64,000 nt of DNA from Nemertoderma westbladi (lineage: Eukaryota > Animalia > Xenacoelomorpha), in assembly GCA_032718475.1 (NCBI GenBank), contig JAUCBJ010002949.1, forward strand, positions 105,102-169,101. Reading direction: 5' to 3'. How positions within the stretch are numbered: the stretch's first letter is position 1; the number at the start of each line of letters is the position of its first letter. The notes under the pieces are model-generated. The model was given only the letters and a program-made list of their open reading frames with translations. It did not search any database and was not told the DNA's origin. This document shows, piece after piece, positions 46,109-58,221 of this stretch. Made by a program: the position numbers and the translations under genes.

Positions 46109-49100
46109 TTACGTTATGGAGTCCCTAGATATTTGTCGGATTAGGGAAGTGGTCGTAGGAAGAGTATCTTGCCTTCCATAGTTTCCGGACAGTTTTTGGT
46201 CTCTTTCCAGTAAACATAAACGACTAGCTGGGCGATTGAGTTGTTGTGTTACTTTCTCCGCTCCCTTGGCCTGTCTAACCTCCGCCGTGGTAAGATGAGG
46301 AGGCCATTCTTCTTCTTCTTTACTTAAGAAGTCGGATCCACCTAACCAGCCTGGAGTATCTATCCGTTCTTGAGGAGTTGCTCCTCTGGAAGCGATGTCG
46401 GCTGGATTAATCGTCCCAAGGCAATGTCTCCATTGATCTACATTGGAGTTAATATCGTCATTATCTGAGGAGTATGGTGTTCCCTCAGTTGGATCGCCCA
46501 CATCACTGCTCTCCACTTCCCATTCCTTTACTTGGTATACCTGTTGTTGAGGTAATCTCTCTTTGAGAGTTCTACGGGAAGGGCCAGTGAAGTACCAACC
46601 TACTCTAGTTCTTACCGCATAGGTTTGTAATGGCTGCGGTTGAGCAGGCCGTTTCTCCAATGTCTCGAGCGCCTCATGCGCGTTTTGGCCGATGAGTATT
46701 TGCACTCCAGGATAATCTGTCTGGAATCGAGGTATCTTAAGATGTTGGATGCTCTCATCCTCGTCCCAATTATAAAGGTCTGCTTGGGTAGTAGCGAAGT
46801 TCTTTATAGCCACCATTTTTACTGACCTTATACTTTGTGCTCCTAATTTATCCTGGGGGGTGGACAACGCACCTACATAGTAATCTGCCGTTATGGTAGA
46901 TTTCCAAACCTGCATAATTCCGGACATATTCAACTTAGTTTGGAATTTGGGTTGTCCAGCAAAGATATCTTCGGCTAGTTCTTGATCGATGAATGTTCCT
47001 GTGCTGCCGGAGTCAAGGAGGGCGTTCACTATGTAACTTTTGTTGGGACCGTGAACTCTTACCTGCACTACAGGAAATTCTCTGATTCCTACGTTGGAAG
47101 TTGGAGCTTTCCAAGATGGTTGTTTGGCAAAAGTAGTTGGGGGAAACTCATTGTTGGTGTCCTTTTCATAAGTAAGTGCTCGATACACTGAGGTATTTAT
47201 TAGGTAACAGGATTCGTTGGCGTCGGAGAATTCGTCAGTATAGAATCCTTCCATCTCAGACTCTTGATCAGTGTCATTTACATCACTGAATTGGACATGT
47301 AGTTCGGGCTCACTTACCTGACTCGGGTTGTCTCCTTCGAACTCACTGTGTAACAAGATGTGATGTTTCGCGCCACACTTTGCACACTTTACGTTGGAGT
47401 AACAGGTTCGCCGTTGGTGTCCTGATCTGAGGCAATTATAGCATAACCGCTTATTCCACAGGACTGTACGTCTGTCTACAGGGGATTTCTTTAGAAATTC
47501 AACACACGCACTCAAACGGTGGGTCCCGTCGCACAGCGCACATTTTGGTTTGATGTCACTCACCTTACCTTGGGTAACGTTATGCACTCTCGTTCTTTCT
47601 TCGGGCTTTCTTCCGTGAATTCTCTTAGGAGACGTAGGAGGAGTTGTTGTTACCTGTTCTCTCCTGTCACTGATTCGAGACTTGTATTTACTTACGTCTT
47701 TATAGGTCTTGTTGTCATAGTAAGATTTTGCTGTGTCTTTCCCGCTGTCCTCTTCTTGAGAAGCTTGGCTTTCGCCGTCGTCAGCGTAACACACCGGTGT
47801 TACTCTTCTCCTAGAAGCAGGTTTCTCACTTACCTTATTTTCCGATGTTTTCTCTCTGGACTGCTTGATGAGTTGTAGTTTTACTTCACCATCTAAGAAG
47901 GACATGAGATCAGTCATGGTAGGGCTTCGTCGTTGTTGTTCATTCATGTACAACACTTTCTTGTCCCAACGTGTACATACTCCACCCTTGGGTAAAGTAG
48001 AGACTACTGCTACAATAACCATGGAACTCTGATATTCATGAGACTTACCTAACCAGTCCAATTGTCTACAGATTTCCTGAATTTCATCGGAAAACTCTAT
48101 AATCCCGCTACTAAGGAAGTGTCGGGGGGCTACTAATTTTGCATACAAATACTTAGCTATGTTATCTTTGTTACCATACCTGATGTTTAATGTATCCCAA
48201 ACTTGTCTTAATCCATCTGGATGTCCAATAAACTTTAACGCCATTAACCTGGGAGGTCCTTCCAAGCATTTGATGAGGAACCTAAGTTTCTCTCCGTTAG
48301 ATAGTACAGAGTTTTGTATGCTATCTTTGTAATATTCATTGAAAGGTAGCCATTTCATCTCATCTCCATTGAATTTAACGATCTCTCCCACTTTGACCGC
48401 TTGGCGGGCTTCTGTTCTAGCCATCTGACGCGTAAAGCTTTCTTGGGCCATCGTGTTATTTAATATCGAATTATCGGTATATAAATTTCTCGGATCATTA
48501 TCAGGTCTAGAGGGAACATCATTAACAACAGGTCTATAATCACCCTTAATAGGTTTTGCTATAGGGGTTTCTACTTCACTAGCAGTATAGATGCGTGTAG
48601 GCTCCACACCTTGCGCATGTAATACTTCAGACCTAACAGGTTGACACAATGTTACAGGGGGTATGGGTATACCCTTTGGTATGTTGACTAATTTGTCGCG
48701 TTCTAGCGCGATACTTTGCTGCACTTCTTGCAATTCGGCCCTACCTTCCCTTACTGTTCCCTTAAATTGGTGGACAGTCTCCTGCATCTGTCCGAGCAGG
48801 AGATTCATCCCCCGCCGTCCCTCCTCTACCCACTCAACCGCCGAAGCGGGAGTCGCCAACATTGTAGCGGGTTGACGCGGGACGACGGGAGACAAATCTT
48901 TGATTCCTCTCTCAATGCTCAGGACAGGGGTATTTGCATGGACTGTTCCACCGGGTACAGGCAGTGTAGTACTATGTAAAGGGAATTTAGAGTTAAGCTC
49001 TGGAAGTGCAGGGGTCTCTAGCACAGGAGTGGCTTTGGGAACGACAGGCCTAATTATTTCAGGCTCATCAACTATTGTAGGGAGTCTTGTGACCTGAATA

Positions 49101-50275
49101 ATTTGTTCTGTGGGTTCTGTACTACCTAAGTCTGTGCTAGCTAGTTGTCTTCTGACAGCTGGGGGCAAATCAGGCAGTTTATGACGGTGAGATGTTTTTC
49201 TACGCCTGCTTAGACGAGATCTATTTCCTCCGCCCTCAGGATCGGTGGTCTCGCCTTCCTCCGATGATGTGTATCCTTGGCGCTTGGGAGTAGATCGACT
49301 CATCATCCGCATTTGATTAGCAGTTAACCGTCTATTTATGCCGTCCTGCGTCTCTTGCAGATTTTCCAACTCCAGTTGGGCAATCTCCTCAGACGCTCTC
49401 CGTTCTGCTTCTGCCACTGCCTTTGCCATTGCCGCTGCCGCCTTTCTTTCTGCTTCTGCTACCGCTGCCTTTCTTTTTGCTTCTACTTCCGCTGCCTTTC
49501 TTTCGGCTTCTACTTCTGCCGCCGCCTTTGCTGCTTCTGCTTCTGCCGCCTTTACTGCTGCTGCCTTTCGGTTCTCTATCTGTTTTTTCTTTATTTGTTC
49601 TTCTTGGACTCTAACGAGGCGGAGTTTTTCATCAAATTTAGCTTGTTCTGCAGCTAACATTTCCGCATCGATTGCGTCCAACACAAGCTTGGTTCCTTCA
49701 CTATTAGGGCGAAGTCCAGACAGTCGTCTCCTCAACTCTTCGTCTCCTATGAATCGCTGATAGTCTGACAGATAGATGTCAATGGCGTCTCTAGTTCGCG
49801 GCTTCTCTGCTGCTGTTAATTCGCTTTTCACTTCGCTTTCCACCTCGCTTTCCACTTGAGAAGAAGTGGCGTCGGCTGATTCTTCATAGGTTGGCCGCTC
49901 ATCATAAACCGTATCCGCCATCTTCGCTCCACGTTCGGGCGTCCGCTCAACAGTATCCGAACTACTGGAGCTATCGGGCCGCTGAGAACTAGGTTCTTGG
50001 CTAGGAGGTTGCTGCTGTTTGATAGCTGCTTCTTGATCCCGCTTGACTTGGGCCCGAGTGCCGATGATAGACCTACGTTGTTCTACTAGCCTAGGGTCTG
50101 ACACTACTACTGTAGGGATGGCCTTTTTTACAATAGTAGGTGACTTAGACTTGGATCTGGGATGTTCTATACTTTGATCTTGGTCACAGATCCTTTTAAT
50201 ACGCTGTCTAAGTCTAATACTCATTCTAACACTTTCTAAGAGACTATCTGACAGTGATTGGGTTGTGTCTGACAT
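46109..50275 (-). CDS. Uninterrupted Gag-protease ORF (1388 aa) lacking RT and integrase
   Basis: Three Cys/His knuckles (CALCDGTHRLSAC, CYNCLRSGHQRRTC, CAKCGAKHHILLH), ALLDSGS, QWRHCLGTINPADIASRG; same deletion junctions as B; ~175-aa in-frame N-terminal deletion near 49900. Confidence 0.93.
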   Translation of the reverse strand: MSDTTQSLSDSLLESVRMSIRLRQRIKRICDQDQSIEHPRSKSKSPTIVKKAIPTVVVSDPRLVEQRRSIIGTRAQVKRDQEAAIKQQQPPSQEPSSQRPDSSSSSDTVERTPERGAKMADTVYDERPTYEESADATSSQVESEVESEVKSELTAAEKPRTRDAIDIYLSDYQRFIGDEELRRRLSGLRPNSEGTKLVLDAIDAEMLAAEQAKFDEKLRLVRVQEEQIKKKQIENRKAAAVKAAEAEAAKAAAEVEAERKAAEVEAKRKAAVAEAERKAAAAMAKAVAEAERRASEEIAQLELENLQETQDGINRRLTANQMRMMSRSTPKRQGYTSSEEGETTDPEGGGNRSRLSRRRKTSHRHKLPDLPPAVRRQLASTDLGSTEPTEQIIQVTRLPTIVDEPEIIRPVVPKATPVLETPALPELNSKFPLHSTTLPVPGGTVHANTPVLSIERGIKDLSPVVPRQPATMLATPASAVEWVEEGRRGMNLLLGQMQETVHQFKGTVREGRAELQEVQQSIALERDKLVNIPKGIPIPPVTLCQPVRSEVLHAQGVEPTRIYTASEVETPIAKPIKGDYRPVVNDVPSRPDNDPRNLYTDNSILNNTMAQESFTRQMARTEARQAVKVGEIVKFNGDEMKWLPFNEYYKDSIQNSVLSNGEKLRFLIKCLEGPPRLMALKFIGHPDGLRQVWDTLNIRYGNKDNIAKYLYAKLVAPRHFLSSGIIEFSDEIQEICRQLDWLGKSHEYQSSMVIVAVVSTLPKGGVCTRWDKKVLYMNEQQRRSPTMTDLMSFLDGEVKLQLIKQSREKTSENKVSEKPASRRRVTPVCYADDGESQASQEEDSGKDTAKSYYDNKTYKDVSKYKSRISDRREQVTTTPPTSPKRIHGRKPEERTRVHNVTQGKVSDIKPKCALCDGTHRLSACVEFLKKSPVDRRTVLWNKRLCYNCLRSGHQRRTCYSNVKCAKCGAKHHILLHSEFEGDNPSQVSEPELHVQFSDVNDTDQESEMEGFYTDEFSDANESCYLINTSVYRALTYEKDTNNEFPPTTFAKQPSWKAPTSNVGIREFPVVQVRVHGPNKSYIVNALLDSGSTGTFIDQELAEDIFAGQPKFQTKLNMSGIMQVWKSTITADYYVGALSTPQDKLGAQSIRSVKMVAIKNFATTQADLYNWDEDESIQHLKIPRFQTDYPGVQILIGQNAHEALETLEKRPAQPQPLQTYAVRTRVGWYFTGPSRRTLKERLPQQQVYQVKEWEVESSDVGDPTEGTPYSSDNDDINSNVDQWRHCLGTINPADIASRGATPQERIDTPGWLGGSDFLSKEEEEWPPHLTTAEVRQAKGAEKVTQQLNRPASRLCLLERDQKLSGNYGRQDTLPTTTSLIRQISRDSIT

Positions 50276-52299
50276 GTTTGTTTACACAGTTGAATGCCTA
50301 CGGCTATAAATACAGTTAAAGCAAGTCTAGCAATTTAGTATCACTGTTAGCCTAGTACCGGTAATTACAGTATTAGAATACCGGTATATACTTATAGTAT
50401 GTATAAGTATTGTAAACTAGTTTTGTCACAGAGTACCGGTATATAAATTTAGCACAAATATATATAAATATATAATAGGCCTATCGTGAATACCGGTATA
50501 CAGCCGACACTTATAGTATATATAAGTATAATTATTACAGACTAGAATTAATTACAGAATACCGGTATGATTTCAGCTCAAATTTATAGAAATAAATATA
50601 ATAAGCCTATGGTAAATACTGGTATGTCAATTATTTTAGAATAATTGAATTTCTGAATATTTTAGGGTTACTTGGTTACTTTAACTTACTTTGTTACCGT
50701 TATTTAAGCAGTAGTCCAACTGATATTGAGACCTAGTTGTTGTATGGCAGGCCTACTATTTATAAATCGTTTGAGTTGATTTATAATATATATATACCCG
50801 TTTAAAATGGGTTTGTCAATATTTGAAATAAATGTTATTATTTCTGGGGAAGTCACTACACAGAAGCTGTGCGCTCTCAGTGGAGTGCTACTTAGGGGAC
50901 ACTAAAACTGATAATTCTATTTACCTAAGTTACTTAATACTACAAATTACTTACGATACGGGTGAGATTAAATCTCTAATTAAACACAACGAAAATATTA
51001 CGTACGAATTTTTTAGGGGTAATTTTACAGGAAGTCTACAAACCAGTCTAACAAAGGGTTAGAATTCTGGTTATTACAACGTACAGGGTACTACGGTATT
51101 TGAAATAATAAGTAGCAGTAAATATATTGCACTGTCCAGATAGGAAAATACTACCGCCTGACGACCTATAACTGTATCGCTATAGGTACTACGTTATGTA
51201 TCACGGAGTGTTCCTACCCAGAAGTTAATAGAGCTAACGAATGTGCCTATCAACCACTTTACAACACAAATATACTGCCTACACACTAATTACTTCGGAA
51301 AGCACTGTACACTAAACCCTAAATTAGGTACAAGTACTGGTATAACAAATAATCAGCAGTTAAATATACTTGAACAGTTAAAAGAACCACGGCATCTGCT
51401 GGAGTGACCGAAGCACAAAGTCACCAGTCTTTACCTACGCCAAGCAGCCCGTGTAGTACCGGGGTTAATTTAACTATAACGGTATGTATAACAAACACAA
51501 TTACTGTAGGAATAAACTTGGGGACATGAATGTTGCGAATAATCGCATAAACTCTGAATAATAAATATTACGCTACCCGTACAGAATACTCAAACAAAAT
51601 ACAAACCAAACGCTGGCAGACTACCACCAAGCCTAAATAAACTACTGTATGTGCAGATTCCAAAACGGTTAGTTAGTATGCGTTCTAACACGGTAGTACG
51701 ACTTATTCTTTAAGAGGGGATTGACCTTACAGTTATGACTACCCCAACTTACTAACTGGCACTTTATCAGACAAACTCTACACAAGCAGCAATCTCTTCA
51801 GACCTAATAATAGCTAGACAACAATCCAGCCTACAAAATATCTGAGTAATAACTATTACGGTACCTGAACAGACCACACAAACAAACACAGGCTAAAACG
51901 CTGGCAGACTACGATCAAGCCTAAATAAACTACAGTATATGCAGATTCTGAAATAGTTAGTTAGTATGCGTTCTAACACGGTAGTACGACTTATTCTTTA
52001 AGAGGGGATTGACCTTACAGCATATGGCTGCCCCAACTTACTAACGGCACTTTATCAGACAAACTCTACACAAGCAGCAATCTCTTCAGACCTAATAATA
52101 GCTAGACAACAATCCGGCCTACAATTATCTGAACAATCTGAGCAGACTTACACGTCTTCAGCTCAATATTAACTTACTAGGAAATAAAACTGACAGAAAT
52201 AAGTAAACTATACAAAAGAATGAGGGGTGATCAATCCCTATTCCCCTGGCAGCCTACAATATACAATAGATCACAATCGAAATAATACTAATGTACTTA

Positions 52300-52530
52300 T
52301 ACTGGAAGTACCGGTTAGGACAGTTGGGCCTACAGACCTACAGAAGTACCGGTTCAGGTAGTTGGACCTACGGACCTACAGCGCTACAGCAGTACCGGTT
52401 CTGGCAGTTGGGCCTACTGACCTACAGAAGTACCGGTTCAGGTAGTTGGACCTACGGACCTACAGCGCTACAGCAGTACCGGTTCTGGCAGTTGGGCCTA
52501 CTGACCTACAGAAGTACCGGTTCAGGTTTA
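52300..52530. repeat. 84-bp tandem repeat in the leader of D
   Basis: CAGAAGTACCGGTTCAGG recurs at ~52341, 52425 and 52509. Confidence 0.85.
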
Positions 52531-52588
52531 CCGGTTGACCGGTACTTTCAACTTTATTGCTTACTGCAATAAAGTCAATGACTGTTAT

Positions 52589-53860
52589 TGTACGCGCTTT
52601 TGAAGACCTTTAGCAGTTTAACCTGCCAAAATTTATATGTCTTTTGATTTATAAATATACTTTAGAAGATGACAAATATTTAATACCAATAAACACAACA
52701 TTAGCAGAAGCCAGCCTAGTGCGCGTCCATTCACCCGCTGGATAATCCCGGGAGGCTGGATTCTGTCGGCTTAGATTATTATTGCAGTGTAAGCTTACTG
52801 TATTGTATTATTCGATTGATCGTTAATAAATAATTTCTGACTAATATTATTCACTTTCGGGAAATATTAACAGTTCCTTTAGGACGTGGCGCTCTATCTA
52901 GGTAAACAGAGATATGACTTATACTAATCACAACGGTAAGTCGGTAAGGCTTATAATTCACGTATGAGGCGCATTCTTTAGGAAATGCTTAGTTATCAGC
53001 CACAATCATGCACACTACCGGTAACGCACAATACTGCTCACTAATTTGCCGACCGTCAATGAATTTTATCATATATAAAGAGAATAGCAACGGACTCATG
53101 TAGGGCTTATCAAATAGCATTAAATTCAATACACACCACAATAATATAAGTCGCAATCGCTATATATATAACCCGCCTCTCTAACCTGTAGTGTATCAAG
53201 AAAATTGGGAAATTTGGGTTCTTTATAAATGTTCTCCAAATAATATTCAATCCACTGATATAAGATATGACAACAGTAAAACATTAAGACGGTAGGTTAA
53301 GATATGATATGAACAGATATGTACAGCGATATGCGCTGATATGGACCGATATGTGAGTTGTTATGAACCGATAACAGTCATACGCTCTATAATCTTAAGC
53401 CTACTAATGTTTCTTTCTAGAGCCGTTGTTTCTGGCTTAGACAGCAATAACAACAAAGTATCAGTAAAAAACTGTAAGACTGAACAATCCCAGTATGATC
53501 GGCTCAAAGCTCCACATCGACAGAGAGAATCGCTCTGATTGGCTGAAGCCAAACAAAGAACCATGCGTCCAATGGCTGTTTCCATTTAAGCAACCAGCTG
53601 TTAGATGTCGTAATCTGAATCATCACGGCTAAGCTGTGTAAAAGTATTTGCCGTATTGCGGGTTTTTTGCCTTACCATGTCCGCTAAAACACGTATATAG
53701 CAGAATGACTTTTATGTCCGTTAAAACACCTGTAACGGTACCTTGCGGGCGAGGGGAATATATATACAGTTAGAGAACCTTTTTTAGAGTATTCCAGCGC
53801 CTGGGGGGAAACTGGATTGCGAAGCAAAGGGGCCAGTTATATCCCACAGAAGCTTTTACA
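52589..53860 (-). repeat. 5' LTR of copy D
   Basis: TGTAAAAGC...GCGCGTACA on the minus strand; flanked by TSD CGTGA. Confidence 0.96.
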
Positions 53861-54060
53861 CGTGAGCTGTTCCTTTGACATTGGCGGTTCGATATAACGT
53901 CCATCGTCTTCCGTAGTATGTTGACTAGCGTCGCCGCTTATTAAACTATCAACAAACGCTTGCAATGGTAGGGTATATCGCTCCCTGATACCAAGATCAT
54001 CTTCTATTAACTCAGTCATAGCTACTATTTGAGTTTATCGATATTATAATTAATAATAAT

Positions 54061-54207
54061 TAGGCTAGCGGTCGTCGCTGCCTCCCCCTCAGTGCCCCCG
54101 GACAGCGCAAGATCCTCAGCGCTGATGTACTGTCGTCGCTGTGCCTCTCGCCAACGTAGTAGCTACACAACGACAACAATAACCAGCACGAGTCACTCCA
54201 CTGTCCG
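54061..54207 (-). ncRNA. Pre-ORF2 RNA structure, copy C
   Basis: Two C-G to U-A compensatory pairs relative to B. Confidence 0.7.
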
Positions 54208-54583
54208 TCCCAAGGGTTACTTTCACAATTGCGACTAGCTACTGTAAACACACTTTAGCAGTAACATTCACCTATAAACGCACAAATTCCACACAACTGT
54301 CACCAATTGTACACATACAGGCCATTTGTCCGTTAGTCAGTGCCTTCCAGAATGTCACGTTATTACTGTGTATCCTTGGATACTAACCGTGTGCTATGTA
54401 TTCTCTATGCTATGCAATGGGACAAGCTTTCTATTGTTCCTTTAACTTGCTTCTAATTCTAGCGTGGGTGTTGCTATGGTGACATTATGGAAAGCTAGCG
54501 GTAGAATTAGAGTACTTCTCATGCATACAGATCTGGGATGCTATTTAATAGTAATTCTTTAATTGTCAATATTCCCCTTATAT

Positions 54584-55714
54584 TTAGGGATGTTTTAGGA
54601 TGGTTCTATCTACTGTAAAGGAGTCCCAAGTTGGAATAAGGATTAGACCAAGTTCTTGACTAACTTCGCGCACTGCTGCATTCCTTTCCAATATCGGCCC
54701 GAGGAGTGCGGGATTGGTTACAGGAGGAGTTTCGCAGAAATATATATTCGTAGGGGAAAAAACTGAGGAACACGCTTTAACCATGTTGCGCAGATTCTCG
54801 TTGAAGTCTGGAATGGGGGCTTTGATTTCATTTGTTCCAATGCCGATAATACACGAATTTAGGTTTTCCTGTTTGTATCGATTTATTAGCCGTGGAGCCT
54901 CAGCGAGTGTGAGTCCCGGGATGAGTGAACCTGAGTCGTCCGATCGATATTACAAGGATCAATATGGTTGAAAATAGTATGTCATAACATTGCGACGTCT
55001 AGGAATATACCCGATGTTGAATTCAGCAGAATTAACTAGGCCTGTATCCGTTATTATTACTGGACTTCCGATTCCAATAACATCGCTGTCAGTACCGGTA
55101 GATACTTTGTCTGTTGTTAGGCTCGGTACTGATATCGGTACTGGTCGGTTCTGACGATTCCGTACTGAATGGTGAATGTAGATGCTCCTGATTGGGTTCG
55201 ACCCATTCCTTGATTGAGTGATTGATAAGTTCGATTTCTTCTGAGTGTCTACCTGGAGGTACTGACTCTGGTACCGGTGGTCCTTCTGGTACTGGTACTG
55301 ATTTTCCTGCCCAATGAAGGTTGAGAACCTTATGCCCAAGGTACAAAATTCTGCACTTCATATTGGCTATAACTGACTCATCTTTGATTCTTTGTTCCTC
55401 GAGAAAAGTAATGCAATCTAATAAGGTGGCACTGATACCCGTGAATTCCGTACTAGTAGGTGGGATGACCGAGTTGTCTTCTTTTCCATCATTACAGTCA
55501 TGATATACATCTTCTCTTCCATCGTCGTCGGAGTCGCGGAAGATTATTGAACAGTTGTGTCCAAGTCTACAGATTCCGTAGAATCTGTACCGGTAACTGT
55601 AGTAGGTAAGCGCTCTGCGCAGAGAAGCATTTCAGCACGAGAACCTGATGTGTCGACATCTTTGCTAGCTAAGAATGATTTGAGTTGTATGTTATTCATT
55701 CCGCGAAAAGCCAT
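54584..55714 (-). pseudogene. Decayed SAP-domain plus SGNH/GDSL esterase ORF, probably LINE ORF1
   Basis: MNNIQLKSFLASKDVDTSGSRAEML is SAP-like. Manual translation gives IPGLTL...CIIGIGTNEI...IYFCETPPV...RNAAVREVSQELGLILI, matching SGNH blocks II-III. Confidence 0.65.
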
Positions 55715-55865
55715 AATGCGATATTGCAGGGTAAACAGTCGGTACAATAATATTAAGCTATACAAAGCATTAATTTTAGGCCTAAAATAGCTCGAAACAA
55801 CCTAAGAAGGCATAATAGGTACTACGTAAAAACTTTCAAAATTCTGACGCATTTGCCTTGTTTTA

Positions 55866-56717
55866 GTATAGTATGGTATTGGTATAGTATGGCGCCCCCA
55901 GACCTTCCAGTAAACTGCGAGGGCTGTGGCGAGCCCTTCGACACTGCGCACGCTCTCAGCTGCAAGGTCGGAGGGCTAGCTATTCGCCGGCACAATGAGA
56001 TCCGGGACTTGTTTGGTGACCTTCTTGCGGAGGCCTTCGGTGTGACTAACGTCAAGCGGGAGGTCACCCTGGCCGAAGGTCACCTGGTCTCGGATGAGCA
56101 GGCGGTGGAGGGAGTGAGGGCGGATTTGGTATCCAGGGGTGTTTGGGCGAACCAGGTAGTGGCGTCTTTCGACTTATCGATTATAAATCTCGACGCCACT
56201 TCCTATGTTCGCTCCAACGCCTCAATGGAGACCTTACTCGCCCAGAGGGAGCGGGTCAAGCGGGCCCACTACCAGGAGGCCTGCGAATCCCGCAGGATGC
56301 ACTTCACCCCATTGGTGTGTTCCACCGACGGTGTGTGGGGTGCGGAGGCGGCTGTATTCATCCGGCACCTTGCGGAGACCCTATGCTCTAAGAGGGTCGG
56401 GATGAGACAGCGGGGTTTGGGAGAGGTTTTGGGTGTGGTGAGGCGGCGGCTGTAGTTTGGTCTCATTCGGGCGACCTCTCTGTGCCTCCGGGGTGGTAGG
56501 AGGCCGTGGCGGGGCCTCGGGTTTGGGGATGGGGCGGGGATTCGGGGTGTTGACCCAGATATGTACTGATTACATATCGTTTTCTTTATTGTAAATATTT
56601 ATTGTTAACCTGTGCTTCAATCTTAATTATTCTACTTTATTAATTTGTGATCATCTGTGCTTCGCCTGATTTTATAATTTAGTAATGGAATAATAAATTG
56701 ATTAATTATCTATTTAT
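55866..56717 (+). mobile_element. 5'-truncated CRE-like non-LTR retrotransposon with restriction-like endonuclease
   Basis: CEGCG...HALSC, RHNEIRD, RADL...FDLSI, KRAHY, FTPLVCSTDGVWG; 15-bp TSD ATTTGCCTTGTTTTA at 55851-55865 and 56718-56732. Confidence 0.88.
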
Positions 56718-56815
56718 ATTTGCCTTGTTTTATCGTTTGTTACAATTTGCATTATTACCTACTCTAGTTATAATTTGGCATGGGTTTCTACTGGCGCAGT
56801 GGTCCAGTAGGTTAA

Positions 56816-58220
56816 CCCTGTTAAACCCGGGGGGGTCAATATTACCCTCCCGTGGTTTTTTTGCTATAATTCTGAAACGAACGCAGTTGGGTATCTGAAA
56901 TTTTATGACTTTTCCTAAACATCTCTTGTCTTCCTAGTCGTGAAAACCGTTTTCAAAAATATTGGGTAGTTTTCGAGTTATAGCATCATTTTTTAACCCT
57001 ACTTTTGGCACTTTTATGAGACGTTTTCTGAAAATTACATTTCATTAAATATAATTTGTAACATCTCTATTTTTGATTTACACCGGTTTTTTGGTGTTAG
57101 CAATTGGATGAAATTCATATAAATTGATTTAGAAATTTCAAACTTGTTTTTTTCGGCGGGTGCCAAATTTTGGTGCCAGCACCAAATTTTGAAGTATGTC
57201 AATTTTGTAAATTGATTGTTTGAAACTTATTCTTTACGCAATTGGGGTTTTTCGGGGTTCTGGTTTCGATGGAATATATACGAGTTGCACCAAGCGAATC
57301 AAACTTGTATTTTTCGGTGCTGTGTGCAAATTTTGGTGCTATCGCGAAATTTTAAAAATCCATTCAATACATAAAATTGCTTGTGACAATTTATTTCTGG
57401 CGTTTTAGAGGTTTATGGCTGTTCTGAATTCAATGGAATATATATTTATCAAACTAGTCATCTCAAACTTGTATTTTTCGGAAGTGGGTGCAAAATATTG
57501 GGCTAGCACCAAATTTTGAAAACCATCAAATATATCAATTGATTGTGTCACCTTGTTTCTTGCGCTATACGGGTTTGTGAGGGTTCTGAATTTAATGGAA
57601 TCAGTAAAAATTTCATAAGAGCTTTCAAACTTGAATTTTTCGCCGGAGGGTGAAAATTGTTGTGCCAGCACCAAATTTTTGAAAATACGCAAATTTATCA
57701 GTACATAGTATCATCTTGTTTCTTGCGTTATACGGGTTTATGAGGGTCCTGGATCCGATGGAATCAATTGGTGTACTTTTTGGTGCTTTTTGGTACTTTT
57801 TGATACTTTTTGGTGATGGGTACAAAATTTGGTGCTAGCACCAAAATTTGCCAAATTATGCCGAAAAATACAAGTAGCAATGATCTGGCATATTAGAAAT
57901 GTATTCCATTAGAATCAGCGCCATAGAAAACCTCTAAATGTGAATTTATAGCATCGTATAAGTGAATAAAACATTTTGTGTTCTAATTGAAAAGTGCTGG
58001 TTACTTGTTTTTTTTCATTTTTAAACAGCGATTTATAGTAATCATATCATTTTTAAATATTTTCCAAAATATTTTGTGCCCCCGAAATCCTGTATTGAAA
58101 AACAATTAGCCGAAAAATGTAACTATCAAATTTTGTGAAAATTGTGCACTACTTGTAATTTTGGTGCTGCAAAATAACCACTCCGGTACATTTTTTCGAA
58201 ATTTTTTTTTTCGGTCGGAT
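56816..58220 (+). mobile_element. Non-autonomous DNA transposon, piggyBac-like terminus
   Basis: TTAA|CCCT start; ~165-bp internal repeats with palindrome TTTGGTGCTAGCACCAAA; related copies at 36661-36806 and 60512-61548. Confidence 0.6.
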
Positions 58221-58221
58221 C

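Larger units (their letters stand above)
41853..53860 (-). mobile_element. Full-length non-autonomous copy D (12.0 kb), nested in ORF2 of copy C
   Basis: Two 1272-bp LTRs with about 5 differences seen by eye; TSD CGTGA at 41848-41852 and 53861-53865. Confidence 0.96.
38582..54585 (-). mobile_element. 5'-truncated copy C (spacer, ORF2, 3' LTR), interrupted by copy D
   Basis: ORF2 start at 53861-54019 rejoins 41852 across TSD CGTGA; PPT and LTR at 38582-39729; spacer homology ends near 54585. Confidence 0.92.

Noticed and set aside
52300-52530. Repeat array resembling CRISPR
   Set aside because: Plain tandem repeat without unique spacers; eukaryotic context; no cas genes.
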